From contig NW_027271242.1 of the NCBI RefSeq assembly GCF_040938485.1, positions 434,001-498,000 of the forward strand: DNA of 64,000 nt, read 5' to 3'. This document shows, piece by piece, positions 37,117 through 50,664 of this stretch. The stretch comes from Diadema antillarum. Lineage: Eukaryota. Both the position numbers and the translations under genes were made by a program. Each line of letters starts with the position of its first letter. Positions within the stretch are counted from its first letter, which is position 1. Under the pieces are notes generated by a model. It saw only the letters and a list, made by a program, of their open reading frames with translations, searched no databases and was not told the origin of the DNA.

Positions 37117-40100
37117 GTTATACATAATCACGAGGTCTGGAGGAAATTTTATGATGGCGTCGCGACAGCTCCAAAATATTACCTTTTGGTTATTTCCGTA
37201 GACGAAGGCTTGAGAAACAAAGCGACTTTTTGTCATGATGCCTTCAAGCCTTTCAGGAGTGATGCAATGCCCCTCAGAAGTTCTGTACATGTGCTCCTGG
37301 CGCCCGACGATCCTAAGCGCCCCGTTCTATAAGAATCATGAATTTTATAGAACCTTTTTATATTCATTACGTCAAGTCTGCGAGTTTACTTAATTAGACT
37401 TGGTTCTGATTTGGCTTTCTTTTGTTAATTTTCTTTCTGACGCAACACATTGATCACAACACAAATTTTTTTATTTCTTTTTTTTTTCAATAGAGTCTAT
37501 CACTAGGGTGAAATAACCAAGGAAACAAAATCTGCCCAAAGGTCATGTTTTGGGATACTTTTCTCACTTAAAGATGCAATGGAATTGAGATTTGTTTCAC
37601 ACAAGACCCAAGTCCCCAAAATGCTGCAAGGATTTAGGTTCTAGTCAAAATAACACCAAGTTGAATGGAAGGCTGGGGGACAAACATAGCCTGAACATTA
37701 ACTATGATACAGACACAACAAATGGAATATAACGCGGTAAAAATGGGGAAGAAAGAAAAAACAGGCGCAGGAGAGGAAGATATTGATAATCTATTATTAT
37801 AAGAATAGTCAGAGTGTCAGAGGACAGGTTATAAGCAGAAAGTATGCTAAAACATTTCCCGCTATATAAGGACTCATATACCGTACACATAAAGACGCTG
37901 GGTAACGGTACCAAATGTTCCCCAAACAAATAAAATAATATAATGATAAGAATGATTCATAATGATATATCAATGATAAAGTTCAGAAATCGTCACAAAC
38001 CAGTAACCACTCGCCAATGTCTCCAGTATGAAGCCAGCCATCTGAATCCCACGAAGCAGCGGTCCATCGTGTCTCTTTAAAGTACCCTGACGAGACGGCG
38101 GGACCTTTCACACAGATCTGGAGGGAAATTAGAAGAGGAGCAGATTAGCTCCTGTGAGCCACACAATGAAATTGATGGACATCAGATGTGTGTGTGTGTG
38201 TGTGTGTGTGCGAGCATTTTTGTAGGTATGCATGACTGTGTATAAGTGCACGAGTATTGTTAGACGGAAAAATCCTGCTTTTCGTTCGATTTGCATGTTA
38301 ATGAGATTATGAAGCCACTTGTATATGGCCTTTCCGGTCATGAAGTGTAAAATTGTAAGTTTGTTTTAATAAACGTAACGTATTTGAAAGGATTAATTCC
38401 TTTTATCGCCACATAGCAGCCTGTTGGTAGTAGATAATCAATTCATTATGAAACGTATAAGAGTGATTCGTTCAGCTGTCTGGCTGTGTCGGCAAAAATG
38501 GACAGGAATAAATTTACAAAACATTGTATCTCCTATTAGCAGAAACAAAAATTGTCATACAAGCATGACAACGTTAAAGAGAGAGAGAGAGAGAGAGAAG
38601 GCTTGATTTAAGTGTCAGTTTAAAGTATTAAAGCTAAGAGTAAGACTTGAATGAAAACGAGATGATTTGACAGCAGCCAGCCAGACTTGGGCGACATTTG
38701 TTATTCCGAGGGTTCCTTAATCCGAAAATAAATATAAGGTTTGCATAATTCCAGAGGTTCGTTATTCCGAAATCACAAATTCCCCATACCTATGAGTGTT
38801 CGTTAAATCAAGAATGAAAATAAAGGTTTGTATTCCAAAGGTTCGTTTATCTGAAAAATGAAGTAAGGTGCGTTAGTACGAAGGTTTGTTAATCCGAAAT
38901 GAAATAGGTTCGTTTATCCGAAAACGGAGAAAAGGTGTGCACTTACGAACCTTCGAAGCTTCCTAGTTATTTTCTGATTAACGAACCTTCGGAATAACGA
39001 ACCTTCGGGAATAACGAACTGTAACCGCCAACCTCACCTCGCCCTGGTCCTCCTCGGTCCGGTAGCCCATCTCCGGCACGTCGATTAGCTTCACGACGCA
39101 GCAAGGCATCACTGACCCCACGTGGCCGCTTTCCGTCTCCCCCGCCACTGTCCCGCTTATCACGCCACCAACCTCCGTCATCTCGTAAACCTCACTTACC
39201 TGCATATAGAAAACACATTATGAATATTTTATAGATTTTGATGTTCTTGGTCATGATGACAATGGCAATGAATTATCAGATTTGTAATCACAGCATACAA
39301 AATACAGAAATGTCAGTCGAGAGATACAAAAAATAGAATACAATGTCGTATAGAAAATACAGAAGTATGAAAAAACCACATACACTGACATAAAAACTAG
39401 TGGGAATAACGTTCATTGAAGGTTTGTGGTGATAAAGATGTTGGGTCAAGGACCAAACAGTTATGTTTTTCAAGCTTTGTAAAAGAGCATTAATTTTATA
39501 CATTACATTTAGAAACAAGCGAACACACACACACGCTAGCACACACACATACACTCACCAATCAAACAGTGCTCAAAGAACAGAATGATGGAACTTTTAT
39601 CTATGTCTTTTCGAGTTTATGCAAACGTTTTTTTTTTAAATCATTATTATTATGGTGTGCATAGTATGCGTTTCCAGAGAGTCTATTATCATTATAGGAA
39701 AGGTTGTGGACCACAGGGTCAAGGGTTTAACGACAAGTTGAAATAGTGTAATTGTATTTTCCTTATGTCATTATTCTCTGAAACGGTTCAAAGTATTTCA
39801 TAATGTTACGTTTCAGCGTTTAGGTGTTGTTTATTATGTGAGATCAAATTCTGGTGCAAAAATGTGCAATAATGATAACACAGAGTGTTGGTAAGATACA
39901 ATAGTGTATATTTGCTGGTTAGATATACGAGAGAGTGTGTGTATTAGTGGATTGAGAGTTAGAAGATAGAGAGAGGGAGAGAGAGAGAGATGTGCAAATA
40001 TCAAACGCTATTTTAGTATATAACCATGTATTATAATAATTCGAATATAGGATTCATTTATTTATTTATAGATTTGATGTAAAACGCTGTGTGTAGATTG

Positions 40101-43100
40101 AATGTATTTTGATATGAGAGTTCATGTTTAGGAAGAGAAGATTGTGAGAAAATATTTTTTTAATCAAACTGATTATTCTTGCTGTGTAAAATGTGTTGAT
40201 TTGAGCTGTATAACAACATCTGTATTAATAAGTATAAATGACCGGCATATACAATTAACATTAACTCAATTTATTTTTTAACAATTATTGAGAATAGTGA
40301 TATTGCAAAATTGTGATTGTAATATTTGTTTTTGCTTTGTATTATAGGTTGATCTCATTGTGCAATGGTTAAGATGAATAAGATTGATTTTTTGCTGTTC
40401 TATGCATTTTTTTTTCATTGCTACGCTGTATCTTGTGTGTATTTTTAATGTATTCATTTTGTTTACAATGTCTGTAATTCAGCCTCCGGGCTGCGATGGA
40501 TATTGATGAATAAAACTCCTTTTCAACCTTCAACCTCTTCAACGTTATAGTCTCACAAAGCTATAGACAATAAGGGTGTTGAAGGAGGCCTATGTTGATG
40601 GAGTTGTGATATTACGGAACATACCGGACATCCACAGACCACTCGGAGAAAGAGCGAGATTTCGGGAGGGATAGATCCTCCACCGGACAAGATCCACTTC
40701 AGCTTTCCCCCAACAAGATCCTGTGCGATTGAGATGGTAAATAATATACATGATTATGATCAAGGTATTTTTTTATTTGGTTGTTTTCACTCGTCAAAAA
40801 AATTCATGTATATTCCACATTGGAGAGTTTGTAACCACAGATTTTCATTTCTCAACGCCAGTGATGTTATGACATGATACACAATACTCACCTTTATTAA
40901 TACCATTCTGAAAGGCCCATTCAAAAAAGTGACAAAATCTGGGAAAAAAATGTTAGTGTTCTATAAACAAATTATGCAGATTGTTGCCTATGAGGAGTAT
41001 GTCTGGAAAGCATGACGCAAAGAGTCAGGTGTATTTATAAAATTAGCAACTATACCTTCCAATAGCATTAAGGATGAACATCTCCACATTGATAAGAAAC
41101 ATATACAGATTCTCCACGTCAACAGACTGCCTTCTTAGAAAAAGAATAAATATATGAATACACATACATATCATGTGTGTCACCTGTCATTACGTGAAGA
41201 AGAAATGTTGAATGTAATAGATATAAGATTATGACTTCAAATAAAAGTCATTTGAATAGATATAAAAGCTGCGTGAAACCTTACCTGGAATTTGTTGAAG
41301 ACGAGTGTGTCACTCCACGTGTCTCTCCGGAGCACATCACTGTAAGATATTCACAGAAATTTTGTTATTTTTCATCTCGGCCAGGTTTTCAGCCTTTAGG
41401 AAGAGAGCTCATATGGTACAATATAACTTATATAACGCACCATAACACAACACCATTATCGTCATTGTAAGACAGTAGTCAAGAGAAACCGGGAAAACGT
41501 TGTTATTATAAACATCCTACCAGTAGATCATTTCATTTCCTTTTGAGTTTTTTCTTGTCATCTATTCTACATCTGATGTATCATTGGCCTTTTTTTTTTT
41601 TGGAGGCGGCATTGACCTATTACTAAGTACTTATCTTTAAAATGCTTACCGCCATTTTCATTTGGTTCATGTTCACACTATGATGAAATTCCATACGATG
41701 CCAAAATACCAACAAAAACTGCCCTGTTCGTAAAACAATTTATTAGAGCATTGACTCCCCGACAAAGACCCAGGGAATGAGCTAAGAAATTAATAAACAA
41801 CGAAAACCCGTCATGAATAGATAAATTACCTAACAACAAGACGTAATGCACAAAAGGAAAAACGAAGACTGAATAAGATTAATTCAACTTTTTCGCTGCA
41901 GCAAGCTGTACCAGTCGTACAGCAATACAGCATCGAGAACAATTTTTGCTAGCAAAAAAAAAAAATCAAAGTATAAAACTTTCATGTAAGCAATAAACTT
42001 CTTTAGGGCAAGCTTGCATTTCTACTTGTTTGTCAATGTCTTACTCATTGTAGGCAATGAGTCCACTAATCTATTTCCTCCCCTTACTCACTTCTTGGCG
42101 TCTGTTTTCTTGTTGTCGAAGGCCCAATTGATCATCGCTCTCTGGAAATACGACGATGCTCTCATGGTTCCTATGATCTGCAAATTTTGATGATATTTGG
42201 TTTAAAAAACCTGTATGTTTCTACATCTGTGCACACTTTTGCAACTCTCCTATAGAAATTTGGTACTAAATCTGACCCAAACTGTACTGACTCAACTACA
42301 GGTCAAACATGGGTGTGAACCTAGACAGTTCTAGCTGCTCGTCTGCTTTTTATTATTGTTATGTTTTCAATTGGACTCGAACAGAGTGCATCTACTACAA
42401 GTGGCTAGTACCATCAAGTGTGGAACAAAATGTTGAGCTTGATGCGATCGTGGTTGAACTTCTCGGACCCTCTGGTTAAAATTCACATCGCACGACCAGT
42501 GCTTCTTACCTGTAATTCCATAATGACTACATGCCACTTTTTGTTTGTTGGCAGTGCTTACGTCAGAGATGATGAGTCAAAAAAAGTTCAATAAGAAAAC
42601 AACTGGAAGCATATGCGAGCATGGAATACCGTGCACAGTTGCACAAAAGTAAACGTCTTTTCAATTTAGTGTGATCACTCTACTGATAGATAGCTCGAAC
42701 TAATCAGATAATTATTTTGCATGGTTTACATACTCGGAGTAAAAACAAATGACAGGACGATACCAGAATATACGTGGATGCGTCTCAAATGATGACTAGG
42801 CCTATATCGGTCAAACAGAGAGAAATTGATACAACCTATGGATGTATAAGCTTGCATTCGAGATCGATGATATGGGTAGCCTTTATCACGTCCTTTCTAT
42901 AGACTCGGAAAGGAGAATGACGGGAATATAAAACATCAATTTTCATATTGAAGCCAATCAAAGCGTCCACAGCGTGGCATGTTTTCTTCCTATCATAAGC
43001 ATTTATCCAGATAAAAGTCAGTGCAAATCAGAGTGGTTTGTGTAACAATACCTGACGATATGAAAGGATAGGATAATATCACACAAACCTCGTCATAGAG

Positions 43101-46100
43101 TCGAATAACCGTCCTGTGGTCGCACGGAATGAAGTCGGGCTTTAGCTCTTGCATGTCTGCTAGCAGATCGGACGTGTTCCCGCGGGAAAACCCAACGGAC
43201 CCTCCTCGCGTCATGACCAGAGTCTTCGCGAACGAGACAGAAGAGAAAACAATAAGCTAAACGTGTGCGTAGATGATTGCTTTTAACATTATAGTAACAG
43301 TATACTCAGAACGAAATTTGATCACAGTCATTGTTACTGCAAATTTCATCACATTTTCATATCAATATCATACCGAGGCATCACCATCATGATATTTTCA
43401 AACTTGAAAACCAAGTGACTTCATTCCATAAAATGGTAACACGTTCGTGCAACTCTTCTGATTTTACTGTAAGTTTCTTTCCATTCTCTTGCATAGGTGA
43501 GACATTTCCTCTCAACTTTCAATATGGCACTATTTCAACTATCCAAAATTCCCATCCTTCAATTTTCCGATCGTACAGCTCTTCCTATCTTCCAATCTTT
43601 CAACATTCGATTCAACATCTTTTGTCAGTCTTTCAATATTTAAGTGTTTCCCAGCTTTAAATCATCCTATCTGTTAATATTTCATTCTTCCAATTTTCCA
43701 ATTGTATTAGTCTTCAGTTATTCCAATCTGCCAATCTTTCAAGCTTCCAATATCCCTGTCTTCTATGCAGTCTCACCTGTACGGTGTGCTCATATCGCTG
43801 CGCCAGTGGAAGAAATGATATGCTGACACAACCAGACGGGAAGGCATAGATTGTCTGAAATTCACAGGAATGCAAAAGAGAGGAATGAAACATGATCAAA
43901 CTATTTAAAAATTCTCAATTTGATGCACCTGCGAGAACGCCATCTCTAGATTTTCACAAAATTGGGAAACCAAGCAGATATGTTACAAATATTTACACCA
44001 AACGTTTTACGCACGCATTGACATTTTGTGCCACTTTATTGCTTGGGATCATTGTTTCCAAATTCATTAACTGTATATTTTCAAGTGATATGATTTACAG
44101 TAGTAAACAAGAGTCATTCATTTTCCTTGCTCTTGTCAAATACACTTGAGTGCTTGGCATCTACTTTGTTTCCAAAAATTGTTGTCATACTCTAACAGGC
44201 AAGCCCTGGGCCAACCTTCTTGTTTTCAGACGAACAGAAAAAAAAGGAAAACGAGGTATTCAAGTGAATAATCCCTGTTTGTAGGAATAAGATGATAATG
44301 TGGGATGTTCGTGAAGAAGTGTTCCAAAATCACATTTTGGTGACCTATAGCTTGCCAGTGTTATTCTTCATTCATCCGCAATACGTACACCTATCCTTGC
44401 TCCTATATAATGGCGGTAATTGTGCACAAGATTTTTCTGTTACTTATTAGGCCTCGTTTGTATCGGCGTCAATTCTTCATTATCCACACTCGGACTGACA
44501 ACCTTGAAGCTATATAGCTCCCAAGGCACAGACATTTATAATGGTTCTCGGGTCCTTGAACTGTTTTCCGATAATATAATTCGTTTCTGACAAAAAGGTG
44601 CCGCTCTTGCCAATACAGGTGGTCCAGAAGCAAGGTAATCCGTTAATTATTTCTTTCTCCCTGCGCCCTTCCATCACCTTGTCTTGTCCAGCCATGTTCG
44701 CGTAAACGCAGACCTGTGCTTTTATCATAAGGCAGGCCAGCGAACCCCGATGATCTATTTTCACACCTTTCTTCGCTTCATCGTTTTTACATCAATTTCA
44801 TAATCAGGTAGACTTCATTGTACCTTTACTTTACGTCATATCTCGTTAGTCTTTTCGTGTTTACATAAGGATTTCTTTCTTCTGGGAATTTAATTATCAT
44901 AAAGAGTTTTAATCAATAATAACGGGGGTAAGCAAGCGTGGTAGATAGAATGTATTGTTATTGGCTGCCAGACATACCGATTGATAAGTAATTAAGCATT
45001 GTTATAAACGATTGCTAGTATCGGATTAAGTTCTCTATGTGTAATCATCTATTAATCAGTGCATCTGTTTTCATGTCTATAGATATAGATATACTATTTG
45101 ATTAAATCGGGCCAGTTTGTATTCCCTATAATGTGACTGGAGTTCCTGGCCTATAGCTGATGGACAACATAGCCACTTTGAATTGAAAAGACGAGTCTCA
45201 CCCATAGACACGCCAGCATAGCTCCACTATTTGACATGATGTTTCCGTGCGTGATATTTACACCTTTGGGCATACCTGCAGCGAGAGAAATTTGCTATCA
45301 TTGATCTGTTCTGCGAGGGCACTGGGAAAATTGATTATGACATTATTTAGGAATTATAATTAAATTCATTGTAAAATTTGATAAGGAGAACGGCGTTATG
45401 AAGAAACAGCATAATAAGCAACGTATACACAATGATAATAGCAAGAATAGAGATAGTAATCATTGTGAAAATAATACCATGTGATGATTACGATCATAAC
45501 ATTATTAATGATGTAATGCGCACGTTGCAATTCAGATTGCAAAGCTGTAAAAATTAAAACATTGGCAGAGAAAAGGGAAATTTTCGGAGTAGCCATACAC
45601 TCAATAAAACGTACATAAGAATACAACAACCCCCCCCCTAGAAAAAAATAATAAGTTAGGCATATTTATAGTAAAGTGGCAGATAGATACCTGTTGTACC
45701 GCTGGTGTAATTAATCATCGCAAGGTCCTCCGGCTTACAGGGCTATCAGACACGAGATAGAATAAACAACACATAAATGAATTAGAATATACTTCCTTAG
45801 AACATTAAAATCAAACTAATCTTAACTTATGGATTATACATTTTAGGCGAGTATCACCATGATCATATTAAATATCCATTACTAAGTTGTTGCTTTTTTC
45901 TTCAATCTCGTATTTGAAATACTGTACATGTAGCTATATACAAAGCTTTAAAATTCAAGTCAACCTCGTCTTGGTTGTCTGACGTAATTCTAAGGGATGG
46001 ACTTCAAACGACACCCTCATCTGAAATGAAAATAATGAAACATAGTTCCAGATAAAGATAAATGATATGCGTTTCGACAGTTTGCTTGGTATATAGTTTC

Positions 46101-49100
46101 TATCAAAGTGACAGCAAACATTTTAACCACCTGCCTATCAAGTGAACGGTATAGACGTGCCAGATATTAATCAAACAGTGTATTATAGGGTTTTACACAG
46201 ACACCTAATCATAGTACAGGGTTTTACACAGACGCAAAATTATTGGATATTGAATATTGGAGATCTCCCTCGGTTAGGTATACCCTATACAAGATGCAAT
46301 TTCAATTGGAGCCAACCATCAATGCGCGGCATATTCTGACAAGAATGCCACCAGCAGCGACATCATCGTTATCAATAATTGGTGCAACGGCCTTCGGCTG
46401 ACGTCATAATCATTATTCTCTTAACTGACATTAACTTTGCTGACATTCAATTCAATTCAATTTATTTTCGACAAAAGCATATAGACATCACTTTTTTGGT
46501 AACAGAAAATAAAGTGCGTTAAACTATATAAGATGAAAAGAGTGTACAGTATTGTATAACCTTAGAAGAGGTAAAAATGACAGTTTTTACCTCTATTATT
46601 GTACCTCTACTGTTGTCTTTACTGTTAATATCATAAACATTAATGTTTCGCTAATGACTTGTGATAATCTTATCGTGGTTTCATCCCTATCTCTGATAGT
46701 CTCTTTCATACACAATGACTCAGGTTATTCAGTTTGTAATTCTTTTGTTTTGTTTCGTTTTGTTTTGTTTACTTTTGGTCGGTTTTACATGGGATGAATA
46801 TTACTCTCTCCATAAGAATAGGACCTGCTCGTCATGTTCGGGATGTTTTTTATAAGCATGTCTTAAGGTGCCTCAACTCACGGTTGGTTCTCTGGAATTT
46901 GCAAGTCCAATGGCGAGCAGTTCATCGAACCCCAGCAGGGTGATTCCGCTGTCTCGCGCCCGGTCTCTGAGCTCCTCGGAACCAGCGGTTTCCATGACAA
47001 CGATGTACTTTAACGTCATAAGGTACTGACAGAACTCCAGGAGTTCCTTGACTTTCGATAGAGTGTCTACCACAACTAGCTCCATATCAGCTGTCGAAGA
47101 GAGTTAGATTATTTTGCGACTAATTCTATTACAAGTTTACAGCTCTTTGCAAGTGACAAACAAACCATCACCAAAAGTACTTGTAATCTCAAAAGGCATG
47201 ACACGAAAATGTATATACGATTAGATTTGATTTAAGAAGCTTCCGAATCATATGGAATCAGATAAAGACCATGTTGCTATTGATGTATTCTCAGTCAGTA
47301 ATATCGTTAAAATTAGAATACAAAAAGAGGAAGGATTCTATGTTCATTATATCACATCAATTGTGCCCACACAGTAGTTTTTGCTACAGACGGAATTTCT
47401 TGTTAAAATCCTTCTAACAGCAAACTTTATGAATAATCAAAATAGGAAATGAAAGAGAAATGACTATAAGGAATTCCGAGAAAGGAGCTGTTGTAGCTCA
47501 TTGTGTATGGCAAAAGACTGTCAACGAAGAGATCCCTGATTGTCATCTGGTTCATCCCCGAGGCAAGACATTTTTTACTCATTGCCTAAAATCTCTGGAG
47601 GGACATTATAAAGCCGACACTTCGGTCCCGTGGTTGTTCCCTTACAAATGGTAATTGCTTTCACAGCATCCACAAAAAGACGCATTACCTGAATTCAATC
47701 AATTCATTTCAACATAAAGATGAATGACATATTTAGGTGACACAAGAATGGCAAGTATGCATTAGTGTTGCAGTCTAATTCATTATAGGAGATGGAGGGT
47801 GAAAACTTCGTTTATAATACAACGAATTGACACTGAAATCTACATAATCGTACATTGTGCCCTCGTTGTCATTAAGTGAGTTGGGTAAAATCATTTTCTT
47901 TTTAAATCACTGCTCGTTCTGCCGTACACCCTTTGAGGTTAGCACTCTTGCTTGAACAATAAAATACTTCTATAGGGACTTGTTCGTTCGTTCTATATCC
48001 TCATTACGCTTCAAAATGAAGAAATCTGCATGCAATATTTTACATGTACATCATATACGTGGACGCATTACTTTTATTCAACTGTGAGACATGTATAAGT
48101 ATAATTACTATCAAAACAGTCGACACAAGTAACTTCTTCGGTAATTGGTTATAACGGAATCACTTAATTGACTAACGCCTTTGCTTCCTACCGACCGATT
48201 GTTAAGGTAGAATGAAATTATGTGTTTCATTTAGATGAATAATATGATATGATAAATATTGCATTACCTGCGTTTGATTTCTCTCAGCTGTATGTGCGCT
48301 TCAGGAAAAAAAAATCTTAAATATCTCCCGCAGGGATGTGAAGTTTTATATTACACCAGTGTTATAAAAGGCAATGATAATAAAATCTATGTATCACTAG
48401 TCAGTTGGAAGTCATACGTTAAAGTTTACTCACTTTGATTAATGATGTACTGCCATTCTTCTCTCCTGAGATTGCTGTACAGAGGAACAGTTACCATGGA
48501 GAAAGTGACGCAGCCAAGGTCGGTGATCACCCACTGCGAGAGAGTACTTCCGAGTCAGTCAAACTTTTCAAAATACGTTCACGAGAGTGAACGTATACCG
48601 TGTACAACATTGATAGATAGATCAGGGAGGTGCTAGAGAAGGAGAGACAACTACTGCTCTCCTTTGAAGTCATGCGCGGCACCGCCGAGAAGTTATGCGT
48701 TCAACAACAGGTGTTACCCATGTGCTTTGACAAAAGAGAGCATCAATAATCGGGACTAGTGCTCTCACATCTAGAAATTCGCTCTTTCTTTCAATGTGAT
48801 GGCAACAATGAACTTGTGTACCTTGAATTGGAGCAGCGAATCAAAATGCAGTGTAAAACTGACGATTTTAACAGCAAATAGTTTAAAAGCATGCTGGAAC
48901 ACGCTTTAGCGGAGTACTTTATTTAAAAGATCAAAATATCCCAGATTAAAAGATAGAATATTAACATGCGGAAATGTGCGCATTATAGAAAAATATCAGG
49001 TTTTTAAGAGGGCCTAATTTTCATTTCATTTCGATTTGCGCATTACGAAGAAAGTAGAAATACATGTTTATACTATTGAATTCTTTCCTAAACTATTCTA

Positions 49101-50633
49101 AATCAATTCAAGTATTTCATTTGAAATTTAACGGTGAAATAAAGCTTGTAATTCAACGAAAGGTGAAATGCGTTCTCCGTCTCCGAACTTCGTCTTGCCA
49201 CTAGAGCGGTGCAGAGCATGACTTCAAAGCGTAGTGGAATGCTAGACATCCCATTGTAACGCCTTGGACCCAAACATGTGTTTGCATGAATTCCAAAGAG
49301 TTGCCACTCCATCTCNNNNNNNNNNNNNNNNNNNNNNNNNNNNNNNNNNNNNNNNNNNNNNNNNNNNNNNNNNNNNNNNNNNNNNNNNNNNNNNNNNNNN
49401 NNNNNNNNNNNNNNNNNNNNNNNNNNNNNNNNNNNNNNNNNNNNNNNNNNNNNNNNNNNNNNNNNNNNNNNNNNNNNNNNNNNNNNNNCATATGACTAGG
49501 CAGTTCACACGGATTTGAGATAAATCTGTCTGTTATTGATTCAGCGATGATTTTCACTTCTAAACTGCATTCAACTTTGCTTGGCCAAAACTGCAGATCG
49601 TTGAAGCTGAACTCGCTTTGAATTCAGCGTTTCAGTTGAATCGGCATAATCTCCACAACGCCTTATCAAGCGATGCAAACGATTTGAAACAAAAAGGGAC
49701 AAATACCTCGACTTTGCTAAACCATTGTCTTTAGTACACACATTGCTACAACTTTTTACCAGATAAGAAAAATGTGAATGTGAACCTCACACTTACCTTC
49801 ATAGATTCCTACAAAAGTGCAGTAACAAACTAGATTTAAATCTTCATGCGTCATGAAAGTGCCTTTTAATTCTTGATGGTCACAGCATTTGTTTATCGTT
49901 ATATAAATTCTGTAGTATTGTCCTCATGATGTGATTTGAAAACATCTATCATCAATGTAGCCTCTGTCTGGCCATTCTTTACACTTAATGCTGTATTTCT
50001 TTCACTGTTTCTTGTGATGAATAAAGCCGTTGCTGAGCCCTTATAACCCCAAGAACTTATGTAGTCCGGAACTTTGATTAAATTGATTTTGGAACAGGGT
50101 ACTCTCACATAATCTTTCATGGCGGATCTTTCGACCACAGAGGTATCAAAAGGTTGATCAGAGCCGTATAAACTAAAGCAATTAGTACGTGCTTTCGAGA
50201 GTATAGGAAGCCAAGAACTCACGACAGAGCCATCAAGCACTGGCGTAGCCAGGGGGGGGGGGGGGGGGGGCGATGGGGGCGGTCGCCCCCCCCCCCCTAA
50301 GATTTGGACCGGGGATTTGGGAGGCGGAAAAAAAAAATGCGTGTATACTGTATGCATGCACATACATTTCACTCAAAAGTGTGCACCAGATCGTTGAATT
50401 TCAATTCAAAATATGCAAAATCTCTCGTGCTTGGGAGGGGGTATCCCCCTCCCAAACCCTCCCCCTCTGTGCCTCTTTCCCTAGCTAAGTACACTTTTTA
50501 GATTTACAAAAAATTCTGAATAATTCTGAGTGCACAAGACGTATCACTTATATTCCGAAAACTGAAGGTTCCCTCATGTATAAGGGGAATTTCCCCTTTT
50601 AATCGACCCTTTCCTCCCTCAGCCCCCTCCCCC

Positions 50634-50664
<31 letters not shown>

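Noticed and set aside
41652-41722. Candidate ACSL exon ([12 protein letters not shown]...)
   Set aside because: An in-frame TGA precedes the donor; the true homologous exon is 41285-41339 ([19 protein letters not shown]).
47570-47645. Minus-strand GTTTGPK resembling a second P-loop
   Set aside because: It closes with a stop after about 20 codons, does not follow the gene's exon structure, and is best explained by chance.
49899-50372. 157-aa ORF containing SWGYKG (also present in RBM45 exon 5)
   Set aside because: The ORF spans a transposon terminus and poly-G run, has no recognisable domain, and the hexapeptide match has no flanking similarity.
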